From the NCBI GenBank assembly GCA_963758635.1, contig CAVWWD010000005.1:32001-96000 (forward strand): a DNA stretch of 64,000 nucleotides, given 5' to 3'. The position numbers and the translations under genes are program-made. Below the pieces are notes generated by a model. It searched no databases. It was not told the origin of the DNA and saw only the letters and a program-made list of their open reading frames with translations. How positions within the stretch are numbered: position 1 is the stretch's first letter; each line of letters starts with the position of its first letter. Source of the DNA: an uncultured Candidatus Rokubacteria bacterium. Its GTDB lineage: Bacteria; Methylomirabilota; Methylomirabilia; Rokubacteriales; CSP1-6. Shown here in pieces: positions 21,029-31,172 of this stretch.

Positions 21029-21705
21029 GGGCGGCGTCCTGGCTCCTCGCCGGGGCCGGCCTCTGGGCCAGCTACACGTGGGGCGCCTACCTGTACGCCC
21101 CCGGCGCCGTCTGGCACGGACCGCGTGACCGTCGCGCCGTCGCGCTCACCTTCGACGACGGACCGGACCCGGAGACGACGCCGAGGGTGCTCGACACGCT
21201 CGGCGAGCACGGCGTGCGCGGCACGTTCTTCCTGGTGGGGCGGCGCGCGCGGCAGTCGTGCCACGTGGCCCGGCGGATCGCCGAGGAGGGGCACGGCCTC
21301 GGCAACCACACGCTGGGACACCGGAGCCTCTGGCTCTGCGGCCCGCGCGCGACCGGGGCCGAGGTGCGGGGCGGCCACGACGCCATCGCCCAGGCGTCGG
21401 GGCAGGCGCCGCGCTTCTTCCGGCCGCCGTGGGGGCTCACGAACCTCGCGCTCTACCCGGTCCTCCGCGAGCTCGCGACGCCCTGCGTCTTCTGGTCGGC
21501 GCAGCCGGAGGGCCAGCGCGCCGCGCCCGCGGCCCTCCAGGTCGAGCGCTGCCGCCGCCGCGCCACCCCCGGCGCGATCTTCGACCTCCACGACGCCGAC
21601 GGCGTGCCCGGCGCGGGCCGCCGGCTCCTCGACGCGCTGCCCGCGCTGATCCGCCACCTCCGCGACGACGGTTACGTCCTGGCACCCCTTCACGAGCTGC
21701 TGTAG
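21025..21705 (+). CDS. NodB-type polysaccharide deacetylase with N-terminal membrane anchor
   Basis: ALTFDDGP, TFFLVG, GNHTLGH, FFRPPWG, DLHD. Confidence 0.88.
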   Translation: MRAASWLLAGAGLWASYTWGAYLYAPGAVWHGPRDRRAVALTFDDGPDPETTPRVLDTLGEHGVRGTFFLVGRRARQSCHVARRIAEEGHGLGNHTLGHRSLWLCGPRATGAEVRGGHDAIAQASGQAPRFFRPPWGLTNLALYPVLRELATPCVFWSAQPEGQRAAPAALQVERCRRRATPGAIFDLHDADGVPGAGRRLLDALPALIRHLRDDGYVLAPLHELL

Positions 21706-21730
21706 AATCGCCGCGCGCCGGACGGAAAGC

Positions 21731-21890
21731 GGTGCGGGCAGGCGTAGCCGAGCGCCCCGCACCCCCGTGACATAAACGTAAGGTGCGGGCGGGCGACAGC
21801 CCGGGTGCCCGCACCCGGTGATCGGGCGGGCGACAGCCCGGGTGCCCGCACCCGGTGATCGGGCGGGCGAAGCCCGGGCGCCCGCACCCC
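21731..21890 (+). repeat. Four copies of REP-like palindrome family A upstream of ilvD
   Basis: GGTG(C/ATC)GGGCGGGCGA(C)AGCCCGGG(T/C)GCCCGCACCC at 21782, 21817 and 21854, plus a diverged copy at 21731. Confidence 0.9.
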
Positions 21891-21903
21891 AGGAGAACAC
21901 CCG

Positions 21904-23598
21904 ATGGCTCAGGACCCGAGACACAAGAGCCGCACGCTGCTCGAAGGCCCCGACCGCGCGCCCGCGCGGGCGATGATGAAGGCGGTCGGATTCACCGACG
22001 AGGACCTGGCTCGGCCCCAGATCGGCGTGGCCCACAGCTGGATCGGGACCATGCCCTGCAACTGGAACCACCGAAAGCTCGCGGAAAAGGTGATGCAGGG
22101 CATCCGCGCCGCGGGCGGCACGCCGATCGAGGTGAACACCGTCGCCATCACCGACGGCATCACGATGGGCACCGAGGGCATGAAGGCCTCGCTGATCAGC
22201 CGCGAGGTCGTGGCCGACTCGGTGGAGCTGGTCGCCCGCGGCCACATGTTCGACGGCCTGGTGACGATCTCGGGCTGCGACAAGACCATCCCCGCCATGA
22301 GCATGGTGCTGGGCCGGCTGAACATCCCGAGCCTCACGCTCTACTGCGGCTCGATCATGTTCGGCCGCTGCGCGGGCGAGGGGGGCGCGTTCGGCGGGCG
22401 CAACCTGACCATCCAGGACGTGTTCGAGGCCCTCGGGGCGTACAACGCCGGCAAGATCTCGCTCGAGGAGTTCAAGGACGTGGAGGACCACGCCTGCCCG
22501 GGCGCGGGCGCGTGCGGCGGCCAGTTCACCGCCAACACGATGGCGACGGCGTGCGAGATGCTCGGCCTGTCGCCCATGGGCTGGAACGGCGTGCCCGCGG
22601 TGGATCCGCGCAAGGAAGAGGTCGCGTTCGAGGCGGGCAAGCTCGTGATGGACCTCCTCCGGAAGGGCGTGACGCCGCGGTCGATCGTGACGCGGCGGAG
22701 CTTCGAGAACGCCATCGCCGGCGTGATGGCCACCGGAGGCTCCACCAACGCGGTGCTCCACCTGATCGCCACCGCGAAGGAGTTCGGCGTCAAGCTCTCC
22801 ATCGACGACTTCGACCGCATCTCGAAGAAGACCCCGGTGCTCGCGGACCTCAAGCCGTCCGGCGCCTACACCGCTCCCGAGATGCACGAGGCGGGCGGCA
22901 TGGCGGTGGTGGGCAAGCGCCTCGTCGAGGCCGGGCTCCTGCACGCGCAGGAGCGGACGGTCACCGGCCGCACGATCGGCGAGGAGGTTCGCGCGGCGAG
23001 CGAGCCCGCCGGTCAGCCGGTGATCCGGAGCCTGGCCCGGGCGCTCAAGCCCACGGGCGGGCTGGCCATCCTGCGCGGCAACCTCGCGCCCGGCGGCTGC
23101 GTGATCAAGGTCTCGGGCCAGAAGAAGGACAGCCACCGCGGCCCCGCGCGCGTCTTCGAGCGCGAGGAGGACGCGTTCAAGGCGGTCAAGGAAGGCCGGA
23201 TCAAGCCCAACGACGTGATCGTGATCAGGAACGAGGGCCCGAAGGGCGGGCCCGGGATGCGGGAGATGCTGCACGTGACGGGCGCGCTCCAGGGCGCGGG
23301 GCTCGGCGAGACCGTGGCCCTCATGACCGACGGCCGCTTCTCCGGCGCGACCCACGGCTTCATGATCGCCCACATCGTTCCCGAGGCCGCCGACCGGGGG
23401 CCCATCGCCGCGATCAAGAGCGGCGACATCATCAACATCGACGTGAAGAAGCGCCGGCTCGATCTCGAGGTGTCCGCGGCCGAGATCAAGAAGCGGCTCG
23501 CCAGGTGGAAGCCGCTCCGCCCGCGCTACACCACCGGCGTCTTCGCCAAGTACGCCCGTCTGGTCTCCACCGCCTCCGAGGGCGCCGTCACCAGCTGA
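21904..23598 (+). CDS. ilvD: Dihydroxy-acid dehydratase
   Basis: PCN, DGITMG, GCDKT, GACGGQFTANTM, GGSTNAVLH, EGPKGGPGMREM, TDGRFSG. Confidence 0.96.
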   Translation: MAQDPRHKSRTLLEGPDRAPARAMMKAVGFTDEDLARPQIGVAHSWIGTMPCNWNHRKLAEKVMQGIRAAGGTPIEVNTVAITDGITMGTEGMKASLISREVVADSVELVARGHMFDGLVTISGCDKTIPAMSMVLGRLNIPSLTLYCGSIMFGRCAGEGGAFGGRNLTIQDVFEALGAYNAGKISLEEFKDVEDHACPGAGACGGQFTANTMATACEMLGLSPMGWNGVPAVDPRKEEVAFEAGKLVMDLLRKGVTPRSIVTRRSFENAIAGVMATGGSTNAVLHLIATAKEFGVKLSIDDFDRISKKTPVLADLKPSGAYTAPEMHEAGGMAVVGKRLVEAGLLHAQERTVTGRTIGEEVRAASEPAGQPVIRSLARALKPTGGLAILRGNLAPGGCVIKVSGQKKDSHRGPARVFEREEDAFKAVKEGRIKPNDVIVIRNEGPKGGPGMREMLHVTGALQGAGLGETVALMTDGRFSGATHGFMIAHIVPEAADRGPIAAIKSGDIINIDVKKRRLDLEVSAAEIKKRLARWKPLRPRYTTGVFAKYARLVSTASEGAVTS

Positions 23599-23645
23599 AC
23601 GGACACAGCCGCAGTTCCGTTCGACCCCTCCCCATGCCGTTCGAA

Positions 23646-23690
23646 CCCCTCTCCCCCTGCGTGGGGGAGAGGGGCAGGGGAGAGGGGGGG
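23646..23690. repeat. CCCTCTCCC/GGGAGAGGG REP-like hairpin
   Basis: CCCCTCTCCCCC-TGCGT-GGGGGAGAGGGG followed by CAGGGGAGAGGGG. Confidence 0.7.
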
Positions 23691-23775
23691 CATGGTCAAG
23701 CAGTAGAAACGACCTGCGACCGCACTGTCGCGGGTGACGTCCGGATGCCCGCATCCCGGGTGCTAAGATGCCTTC

Positions 23776-26700
23776 ATGACGTCACTCCCCGCGCGCTCGC
23801 GCCTTCTCGCCGAGACGCTCTCCCGCCAGTTGCTCGTCCTGGACGGCGCCACGGGCACGATGATCCAGGCGCGGGACCTCACCGCCGCCGATTTCGGGGG
23901 AGAGCAGTACGAGGGCTGCAACGAGCACCTGAACCTCACCCGGCCCGACGTGATCCGCGACATCCACCTGGCCTACCTGGACGCGGGCGCGCACCTGATC
24001 TCCACCAATTCTTTCGGCGCCGCGCCCTATGTGCTCGCCGAATATGGCCTTCAGGATCTTTGCCACGACATCGTCCTGGCCGCGGCCCGCCTGGCCCGCG
24101 AAGCGGTGGACGCGCGGTTCACGGAGGCCGATCCGCGCTTCGTGATCGGCGCCATGGGGCCGGGAACGCGGACGATCACGGTCACGGGCGGGGTCACCTT
24201 CGAGGAGGTCCTGGACGCGTACTACCGGCAGGCCCGCGCGCTCATCGCCGGCGGGGTCGACGCGCTGCTGCTCGAGACCTGCCAGGACACGCTGAACGTG
24301 AAGGCGGCGGCCATCGGGCTCCGGCGCGCCCTGGACGAGGCCGGCGTGGATCTGCCGATCATGGTGAGCGGCACCATCGAGCCCATGGGCACGATGCTCG
24401 CCGGGCAGGCCATCGAGGCCCTCGCCGCCTCGATCGAGCACCTCCATCCCTTCTCGATCGGCCTCAACTGCGCCACCGGGCCCGAGTTCATGACCGACCA
24501 CCTGCGGTCGCTCTCGGGGCTCACCACGAGCTTCGTCACCTGCTACCCGAACGCCGGCCTCCCCGACGAGCACGGCCAGTACGAGGAGACGCCGCAGAGC
24601 CTGGCCCTCAAGATGCGGCGCTTCGTGGAGGAGGGGTGGGTGAACGCGATCGGCGGGTGCTGCGGCACCACGCCGGCCCACACCCGCGAGCTGGCCGCGC
24701 TCGCGCGCGGGCACGCGCCGCGACGTCCCCCGGCGCGCTGGCCGCGGCGGTGAGCGGCGTCGAGGTCCTCTACCCGGCCGACGACAACCGGCCGGTGCTC
24801 GTGGGCGAGCGCACCAACGTCATCGGATCGAAGAAGTTCAAGGACCTCGTCGTGCAGGAGCTGTTCGAGGAGGCGGCCGAGGTGGGCCGGGCCCAGGTCA
24901 AGGGCGGGGGCCAGGTCCTCGACGTGTGCCTCGCCAACCCGGACCGCGACGAGCTCGCGGACGTCGAGCGCTTCCTGGACCGCCTCACCCGCAAGGTGAA
25001 GGTCCCGCTGATGATCGACTCCACCGACGCGCAGGTGATCGAGCGGGCCCTCCAGCTTTGCCAGGGCAAGGCCATCGTCAACTCGATCAACCTGGAGGAC
25101 GGCGAGGAGCGCTTCGAGCGGGTGGTGCCGCTCCTCACCCGCTACGGCGGGGCGGTGGTGGTGGGCTGCATCGACGAGGACAAGCAGCAGGGGATGGCGG
25201 TGAGCCGCGAGCGGAAGCTCGCCGTCGCCGAGCGCTCCCACGCGCTCCTCACCGGCAAGTACGGCCTGCCCGCGCGCGACATCATCTTCGACCCGCTGGT
25301 CTTCCCCGTCGGCACCGGCGACCGGAACTACGTGGGCTCGGCCGTCGAGACCATCGAGGGCCTGCGCGCCATCAAGGCCCGCTTCCCCGAGTGCCGCACC
25401 ATCCTGGGCATCTCGAACGTCTCGTTCGGCCTGCCCGCGGCGGGGCGCGAGGTGCTGAACGCGGTGTTCCTGTACCACTGCACGAAGGCCGGCCTCGACT
25501 ACGCCATCGTGAACACCGAGCGCCTCGAGCGCTACGCGTCGATCTCCGAGGAGGAGCGCCGCATCGCCGAGGACCTCATCGAGATGCGCGGAGACGACCC
25601 GGTGGCCGCCTTCGCCGCCCACTTCCGGGGGCGCACGCGGACCCGCGAGGTGGCGGCCGCCCTCCCGCTGGACGAGCGGCTGGCCCGTTACATCGTGGAG
25701 GGCTCGCGCGACGGCCTGGTCGCCGACATCGACCTGAAGCTCGCGGAGGCCGCGCCGCTCGACATCATCAACGGCCCGCTCATGCGGGGCATGGAGGAGG
25801 TCGGTCGCCTCTTCAACGACAACCAGCTCATCGTGGCCGAGGTGCTGCAGTCGGCGGAGGCGATGAAGACCGCGGTGGCCCACCTCGAGCCGCTCATGGA
25901 GCGCGCGGAGAGCGCCACCCGGGGCACCATCGTGCTCGCCACCGTCAAGGGCGACGTGCACGACATCGGCAAGAACCTGGTGGAGATCATCCTCAAGAAC
26001 AACGGCTACCGCGTGATCAACCTCGGCATCAAGGTGCCGCCCGAGGACCTGATCACCGCCTGCCACACCCACAAGCCCGACGCGCTCGGCCTGTCCGGCC
26101 TCCTCGTGAAGTCGGCGCAACAGATGGTGGTCACCGCGCAAGACCTCCGCGTGGCCGGCGTGGAGATCCCGCTGTTCGTCGGCGGCGCCGCCCTCACGCG
26201 CAAGTTCACGGCGACCCGCATCGCCGCCGAGTACGGCGGCCTGACCATCTACGCCAAGGACGCCATGGACGGGCTCGACCTCGCCAACCGGCTCTTCAGC
26301 GCCACCACGCGCGACGACCTGGTCGCCTCCGTGCGCGCGCAGCAGGAGGCGCTCCGCGCCGGAGGCAACGTCGCGGCCGCACCCGCCGTTGCCGCGACGG
26401 GGGCGCCGGCGCGCTCCGCCGTGTCGCGGTCGGTGCCGGTGCCGGCGCCGCCGGACCTCGACCCGCACGTGCTCCGTCACGTGCCGCTCGCCCACGTCTT
26501 CCCGTACCTCAATCTCCAGATGCTGCTCGGCAAGCACCTGGGCTTCAAGGGCGCGGTCGAGCGAGCGATCGAGGCGGGCGACGCCAAGGCGCGGGAGCTC
26601 CTCGCGGCTGGTCGAGGACCTCCAGCGCGAGGCGATGAGCGGCGGGCTCCTCCAGGCCAACGCGGTGTATCGCTTCTTCGAGGCGCGCGCCGCGGGCGAT

Positions 26701-27237
26701 CGGCTGATGCTCTACCAGGGTGGGGAAGAGGTGGGGCGCTTCGACTTCCCGCGCCAGCCCGCGGGCGAGCGCCTGTGCCTGGCCGACTACGTCCGCGACG
26801 CGGCCTCCGGCGAGCCGGACTACGTCGCGCTGTTCGCGCTCACGTGCGGGGCCGGCGTCCGCGCGCTGGCCGAGCGCTGGAAGGACGAGGGCCAGTACCT
26901 CCGCTCCCACGCGATCTCCGCCCTGGCCATCGAGACCGCGGAGGCGCTCGCGGAGATGCTGCACGCGCGCCTGCGCACGCAGTGGGGCTTCCCCGACGCG
27001 CCCGACCTGCCCATCGCCGACAAGCTCAAGGCGCGCTACCGCGGGCTGCGCGTGTCCTTCGGCTACCCGGCGTGCCCGAACCTGGCCGACCAGCGCGTGC
27101 TCTTCGACCTGCTTCATCCCGCAGAGATCGGCCTCGAGCTGACCGAGGGATTCATGATGGACCCCGAGGCGTCGGTCTCCGCCCTCGTCTTCCACCATCC
27201 CGAGGCGAAGTACTTCAAGGCCGACGCGAGCGAGTGA
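23776..27237 (+). CDS. metH: Cobalamin-dependent methionine synthase (frameshifts near 24740 and 26610)
   Basis: LDGATGT, GLNCATG, PNAGLP, GGCCGT; GERTNV pterin domain; GDVHDIGKNLV B12 motif; RVSFGYPACP reactivation domain. Confidence 0.95.
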
Positions 27238-27881
27238 GCGGCCGCCCGGACGCCGGCATCGCTCCCCGGTTCCTCTCGCTGATCCGCCAGGAGCGTCTCG
27301 CCGAGCTGCGCATGCTCGACGTGGGCTGCGGGTGGGGGCGCCTGGCGCTCGCCTTCGCCGCCGAGACGCGCCACGTCGTCGGCCTCGATCGCGACGCGGG
27401 CCTGATCGCCGAGGCGGGCCGCCGCGCCGCGGCCCGGGGCCTCACCAACGCGGAGTTCCACGAGGCCGACGTGGACCGCGTGGACTATGCGCCGTATGCC
27501 CCCGGCCTCGTCGTCTCCCACCTCTTCGCCTCGGACGCCATGATCGAGCGGGCGGCGGCCGCGCTGCCCCGTGACGGGGTCCTCGCGCTGGTGGCCTTCC
27601 ACGTCGACCAGTGGCGCGAGACCGGGCGCGTGTCCCGGTTCGCCTACGACGAGACGCGGATGGCCGAGACGCTCGGGCGCGCGGGCTTCGCCGTGGAGGC
27701 GCTCGAGGTGGACCGGGAAGAGCGGCGCTTCGCCTCGGTGGAGGAAGGGCTGGCCGCCGCGGTCGGCCTCCAGGACCGCTGGAAGACGGACGGCCGCTGG
27801 TACCGCTACATCGCGTTCCTCGAGGAGGGCGGGCGCACGCTGACGCGGAGCCACCTGCTCGTCAAGGCGCGCAGGCGATGA
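27234..27881 (+). CDS. Class I SAM-dependent methyltransferase
   Basis: MLDVGCGWG...VVGLD motif; GTGA overlap with the metH stop. Confidence 0.85.
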   Translation: MSGRPDAGIAPRFLSLIRQERLAELRMLDVGCGWGRLALAFAAETRHVVGLDRDAGLIAEAGRRAAARGLTNAEFHEADVDRVDYAPYAPGLVVSHLFASDAMIERAAAALPRDGVLALVAFHVDQWRETGRVSRFAYDETRMAETLGRAGFAVEALEVDREERRFASVEEGLAAAVGLQDRWKTDGRWYRYIAFLEEGGRTLTRSHLLVKARRR

Positions 27882-27928
27882 TCTCCGGCGCGGAGCTGAC
27901 CCTCTTCGTGCAGGCACGCACCGCATGA
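27878..27928 (+). CDS. 16-aa mini-ORF, a diverged duplicate of the queG N-terminus
   Basis: MISGAELTLFVQARTA vs QueG MNSGADLTRAVKARAR; ATGA overlaps at both ends. Confidence 0.5.
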   Translation: MISGAELTLFVQARTA

Positions 27929-28878
27929 ACTCCGGCGCGGATCTTACCCGCGCCGTCAAGGCGCGCGCGCGAGCCGAGGGCTTCGACGAGGTCGCGGTGG
28001 GCCCGGCGGGGCCGCCCGATCACGGCGAGGCGCTCCTGGACTGGCTGGCCGCCGGGCACGCCGGGACCATGGCGTACATCGGCCGGCGCGCCGCCGAGCG
28101 TCTGGACCCGGCCCGCGTGCTGCCGGGCGCCCGCTCGGTCGTCACCGTCGCGCTCAACTATCACCGGCCTGACGCGGACGCCGACCCGTCGTGGGCGCCC
28201 GTGGCCCGCTACGCGCGCGGCCGCGACTACCACGACGTGATGCGGCCGCGCCTCGAGCGCCTCGCCGAGCTGATCGACGGAGAGGCGGGCGCGCGGAGCC
28301 TCGCCTACGTCGACACCGGGCCGCTCCTCGAACGCGACCTCGCCGCGCGCGCGGGCCTCGGCTGGACCGGCAAGAACACGATGCTGCTCCACCCGCGCCT
28401 CGGCTCGTGGTTCCTCATCGGCCTCGTCCTCACCACCGCGGCCCTGGACGCGGACGCCGCGCTGCCCGACCGCTGCGGCACGTGCCGCGCGTGCCTGGAC
28501 GCGTGCCCGACCGGCGCGTTCCCCGCGCCCTACGTCCTCGACTCGCGGCGGTGCATCTCCTACCTCACGATCGAGCACCGGGGCGAGATCGACGCCGACC
28601 TCCAGCCGCTCATGGGCGAATGGGAGTTCGGCTGCGACCGCTGCCAGGAGGTGTGCCCCTGGAACCGCCACGCGCCCCCGAGCGCGGAGAGCGCGTTCGT
28701 CCCCGCCGGCGCGTACCCGGGCGCGGAGACGATCGCCGCCATGGACGACGAGGCGCTCCGGCGCCGCTTCGCCGGCACCGCGCTGCTGCGCCCGCGCGCG
28801 GCCGGGCTGCGCCGGAACGCGGCCATCGCGCTCGCCAACCGGCGCCGCCGGGGCGGGGCCGGCCCCGCCCCGCGATGA
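27925..28878 (+). CDS. queG: Epoxyqueuosine reductase
   Basis: ARYARGRDYH, VDTGPLLER, GLGWTGKN, CGTCRACLDACPT, RCISYLTIE, FGCDRCQEVCPWN. Confidence 0.93.
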   Translation: MNSGADLTRAVKARARAEGFDEVAVGPAGPPDHGEALLDWLAAGHAGTMAYIGRRAAERLDPARVLPGARSVVTVALNYHRPDADADPSWAPVARYARGRDYHDVMRPRLERLAELIDGEAGARSLAYVDTGPLLERDLAARAGLGWTGKNTMLLHPRLGSWFLIGLVLTTAALDADAALPDRCGTCRACLDACPTGAFPAPYVLDSRRCISYLTIEHRGEIDADLQPLMGEWEFGCDRCQEVCPWNRHAPPSAESAFVPAGAYPGAETIAAMDDEALRRRFAGTALLRPRAAGLRRNAAIALANRRRRGGAGPAPR

Positions 28879-29456
28879 TCCAGTCGGTCACCGTCTTCTG
28901 CGGCTCGAGCGACCTGGTGGACGAGCGGTTCTTCGCCGCCGCCCGCGAGCTCGGGGCCAAGCTCGCCCGCCGGAAATGGCGGCTCGTGTACGGCGGCGGC
29001 AGCGTGGGCCTGATGGGCGCGCTCGCCCGCGCGGTCATGGACGACGGCGGGCAGGTGACGGGGGTGATCCCGAAGGCCCTGCTCGACCTCGGCGTCGGCG
29101 AGCGCGCCGTGTCCGAGCTGATCGTGACCGAGGGGATGCGGGACCGGAAGGCCATCATGGACGCGCGCGGCGACGCCTTCGTCGCGCTGCCCGGCGGCCT
29201 GGGCACCATGGAGGAGATCCTCGAGGTGATGACCCTCAAGCAGCTCGGCTACCACGCCAAGGCGGTCGCCGTGCTCGACCTCGACGGGTTCTTCGATCCG
29301 CTGTGGGCGCAGTTCCAGCGCGGCGTCGACCTGGGCTTCATCAAGGCGGAGTACCTCGACCTCTGGTACCCGGCGCCCGACGTCGACGCGCTGCTCCGCT
29401 ACCTCGAGGCCTACGTGCCGCACGGCTACGGCCGGAAGTGGACGGCGTCGCCGTAG
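28875..29456 (+). CDS. LOG-family nucleotide phosphoribohydrolase
   Basis: VFCGSS, LVYGGGSVGLMG, RKAIM, LPGGLGTMEE. Confidence 0.9.
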   Translation: MIQSVTVFCGSSDLVDERFFAAARELGAKLARRKWRLVYGGGSVGLMGALARAVMDDGGQVTGVIPKALLDLGVGERAVSELIVTEGMRDRKAIMDARGDAFVALPGGLGTMEEILEVMTLKQLGYHAKAVAVLDLDGFFDPLWAQFQRGVDLGFIKAEYLDLWYPAPDVDALLRYLEAYVPHGYGRKWTASP

Positions 29457-29551
29457 TGACCCGCGCACAATGCGGTAACCGAACGGGCCTCTACAGTCCT
29501 ACCGCCTCGCCTTCGTCCAGTGCGCGGGGCTCAGTCGCCCCGCGCGGGGCG

Positions 29552-29560
29552 TGCTACAAT
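29552..29560 (+). promoter_or_regulatory. Extended -10 promoter for def
   Basis: TG-C-TACAAT, 21 nt upstream of the ATG, followed by RBS GAGGAG. Confidence 0.6.
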
Positions 29561-29581
29561 TCGCGCCCAAGAGGAGCCTGC

Positions 29582-30130
29582 ATGGCCATCCTGAAGGTCG
29601 CCCGCCTGGGTCATCCCGTGCTGCGCCAGCCCGCGGCGCCCGTGCCGCTCGACGAGATCCGCTCCGCCGAGACGCAGCGCCTGATCGACGACATGGTCGA
29701 GACCATGCGCGAGTACAACGGCGCCGGGCTCGCCGCCAACCAGGTGCACGTGCTCAAGCAGGTGTGCGTGATCGAGGTGTCGGGAAACCCGCGCTACCCG
29801 GACGCGCCCAGCATCCCGCTCACCGTCCTGGTGAACCCGAAGGTGACGCCGCTCACCGAGGAGCTCGCCGAGGGGTGGGAAGGGTGCCTCTCCGTGCCCG
29901 ACATGCGCGGAGTGGTCCCGCGGGCCACCGAGGTACGCCTGGAGGCCTACGACCGGGACGGGGAGCGCATCGACCTCGTGGCCAAGGAGTTCTTCGCGCG
30001 GGTCATCCAGCACGAGACGGACCACCTGAACGGGATCGTCTACCTCGACCGCATGAAGGACTTCTCGACGCTCACCCACCTCGCGGAGTGGAACAAGTAC
30101 TGGCTGGGCATCCAGGAGCAGGACGACTGA
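29582..30130 (+). CDS. def: Peptide deformylase
   Basis: GAGLAANQ, EGCLS, QHETDHLNG. Confidence 0.95.
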   Translation: MAILKVARLGHPVLRQPAAPVPLDEIRSAETQRLIDDMVETMREYNGAGLAANQVHVLKQVCVIEVSGNPRYPDAPSIPLTVLVNPKVTPLTEELAEGWEGCLSVPDMRGVVPRATEVRLEAYDRDGERIDLVAKEFFARVIQHETDHLNGIVYLDRMKDFSTLTHLAEWNKYWLGIQEQDD

Positions 30131-30153
30131 GCCTGGCCGAGGATTCCCGCGCC

Positions 30154-30516
30154 ATGCCCGGCCGCGTGATCGCCGTCGTCAAGGACCTGTTCTTCGTGGC
30201 TCGCATCCGGGAGACTGCTCGCATGGTCGGTACCCCGCTCGACTTCGCCCGCGCGCCCGACGAGATCCGCGCCGCCCTCGCCGGGGATCCCGCTCCGTCG
30301 CTCGTCCTGATCGACCTCACCACCCCGGGCTGGGACTACGCCGAGGTCTTCGCGGCCATCGAGTCCGCGGGGAAGGAGACACCCATCCTGGGCTACACGA
30401 CCCACGTCCTCGCCGGAGCGACGAAGCCGCTCCACGACCGCTGCACCCGCGTGGTGACACGGGAGACGCTCACGCGCGACCTCGGCCGGATCCTCGCCTC
30501 CGGGCTCGCGGCATGA
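30154..30516 (+). CDS. Small receiver-like (CheY-fold) protein
   Basis: VIAVVKDLFF...SLVLIDL...PILGYTTHV. Confidence 0.6.
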   Translation: MPGRVIAVVKDLFFVARIRETARMVGTPLDFARAPDEIRAALAGDPAPSLVLIDLTTPGWDYAEVFAAIESAGKETPILGYTTHVLAGATKPLHDRCTRVVTRETLTRDLGRILASGLAA

Positions 30517-31172
30517 CACCCGAGGCCTTCGTCGCGGAGCTGGACGAGCGCAACCAGGCGCTGCTGCGGCGCCTCGCCCCCGAGGCCACGCTCAAGCCCG
30601 AGGTCGAGGGCAATCTCACGGTGACGAACCTCCTCAAGGTCGCGCTCAAGAACGAGGTGGAGGCCACCGAGATCGCCACCCGGTGGAGCTGCACCACCGA
30701 CGACGTGCACGTGAAGATGGCGTTCGCCCGGCAGGCGGGCGACGAGGCCCGGCACTACCGCCTGATCGGCGAGCGCCTGCACGAGCTGGGCTTCGACGCG
30801 CGCGGCTTCGATCCCCTCGCCAAGGGGTACGGCCCGCTCTTCGCCTACCTCGACCGCCTCAAGACCACGGTCGAGCGGGTCGCCGCAGGACAGTTCACCC
30901 GCGAGGCGATCGCGGTGGTGAAGAACCGGCAGTTCATCGAGTTCTGCGTCGAGGCCGGCGACGCCGTCACCGCCGCCCTCTACCGCGACGTGATCGAGCC
31001 CGACGAGCGGTTCCACCACGAGCTGGGGCGCACGCTCCTGCTGCGCCACGCGCTGACCGCGGAGGACCAGGCGCTGGCGCGGCGGGCCGCCGCGCGCACG
31101 CTCGAGCTGGCCGAGGAGCTCCAGGCCGCGGCCCTCCGGACCGCCGGCATCCACCACGCCCCCGGCTGCTGA
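30513..31172 (+). CDS. Ferritin-like di-iron protein
   Basis: E...DEARH...E...DERFH di-iron pattern; C-terminal PGC. Confidence 0.8.
   Translation: MTPEAFVAELDERNQALLRRLAPEATLKPEVEGNLTVTNLLKVALKNEVEATEIATRWSCTTDDVHVKMAFARQAGDEARHYRLIGERLHELGFDARGFDPLAKGYGPLFAYLDRLKTTVERVAAGQFTREAIAVVKNRQFIEFCVEAGDAVTAALYRDVIEPDERFHHELGRTLLLRHALTAEDQALARRAAARTLELAEELQAAALRTAGIHHAPGC

Noticed and set aside
21731..21890. CRISPR array
   Set aside because: Repeats abut with no unique spacers, are dispersed at other loci, and no cas genes are present
23600..23775. SAM, SAH or cobalamin riboswitch upstream of metH
   Set aside because: No consensus elements found, and the likely -10 box lies only 6 nt before the ATG
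24730..26620. Programmed frameshifting or a genuinely split metH
   Set aside because: No slippery sequence, and the same single-base pattern breaks many unrelated genes; sequencing error is more likely
21855..27881. 2008-aa ORF
   Set aside because: Off-frame read of ilvD joined to the middle of metH and the methyltransferase through frameshifts in stop-poor GC-rich DNA
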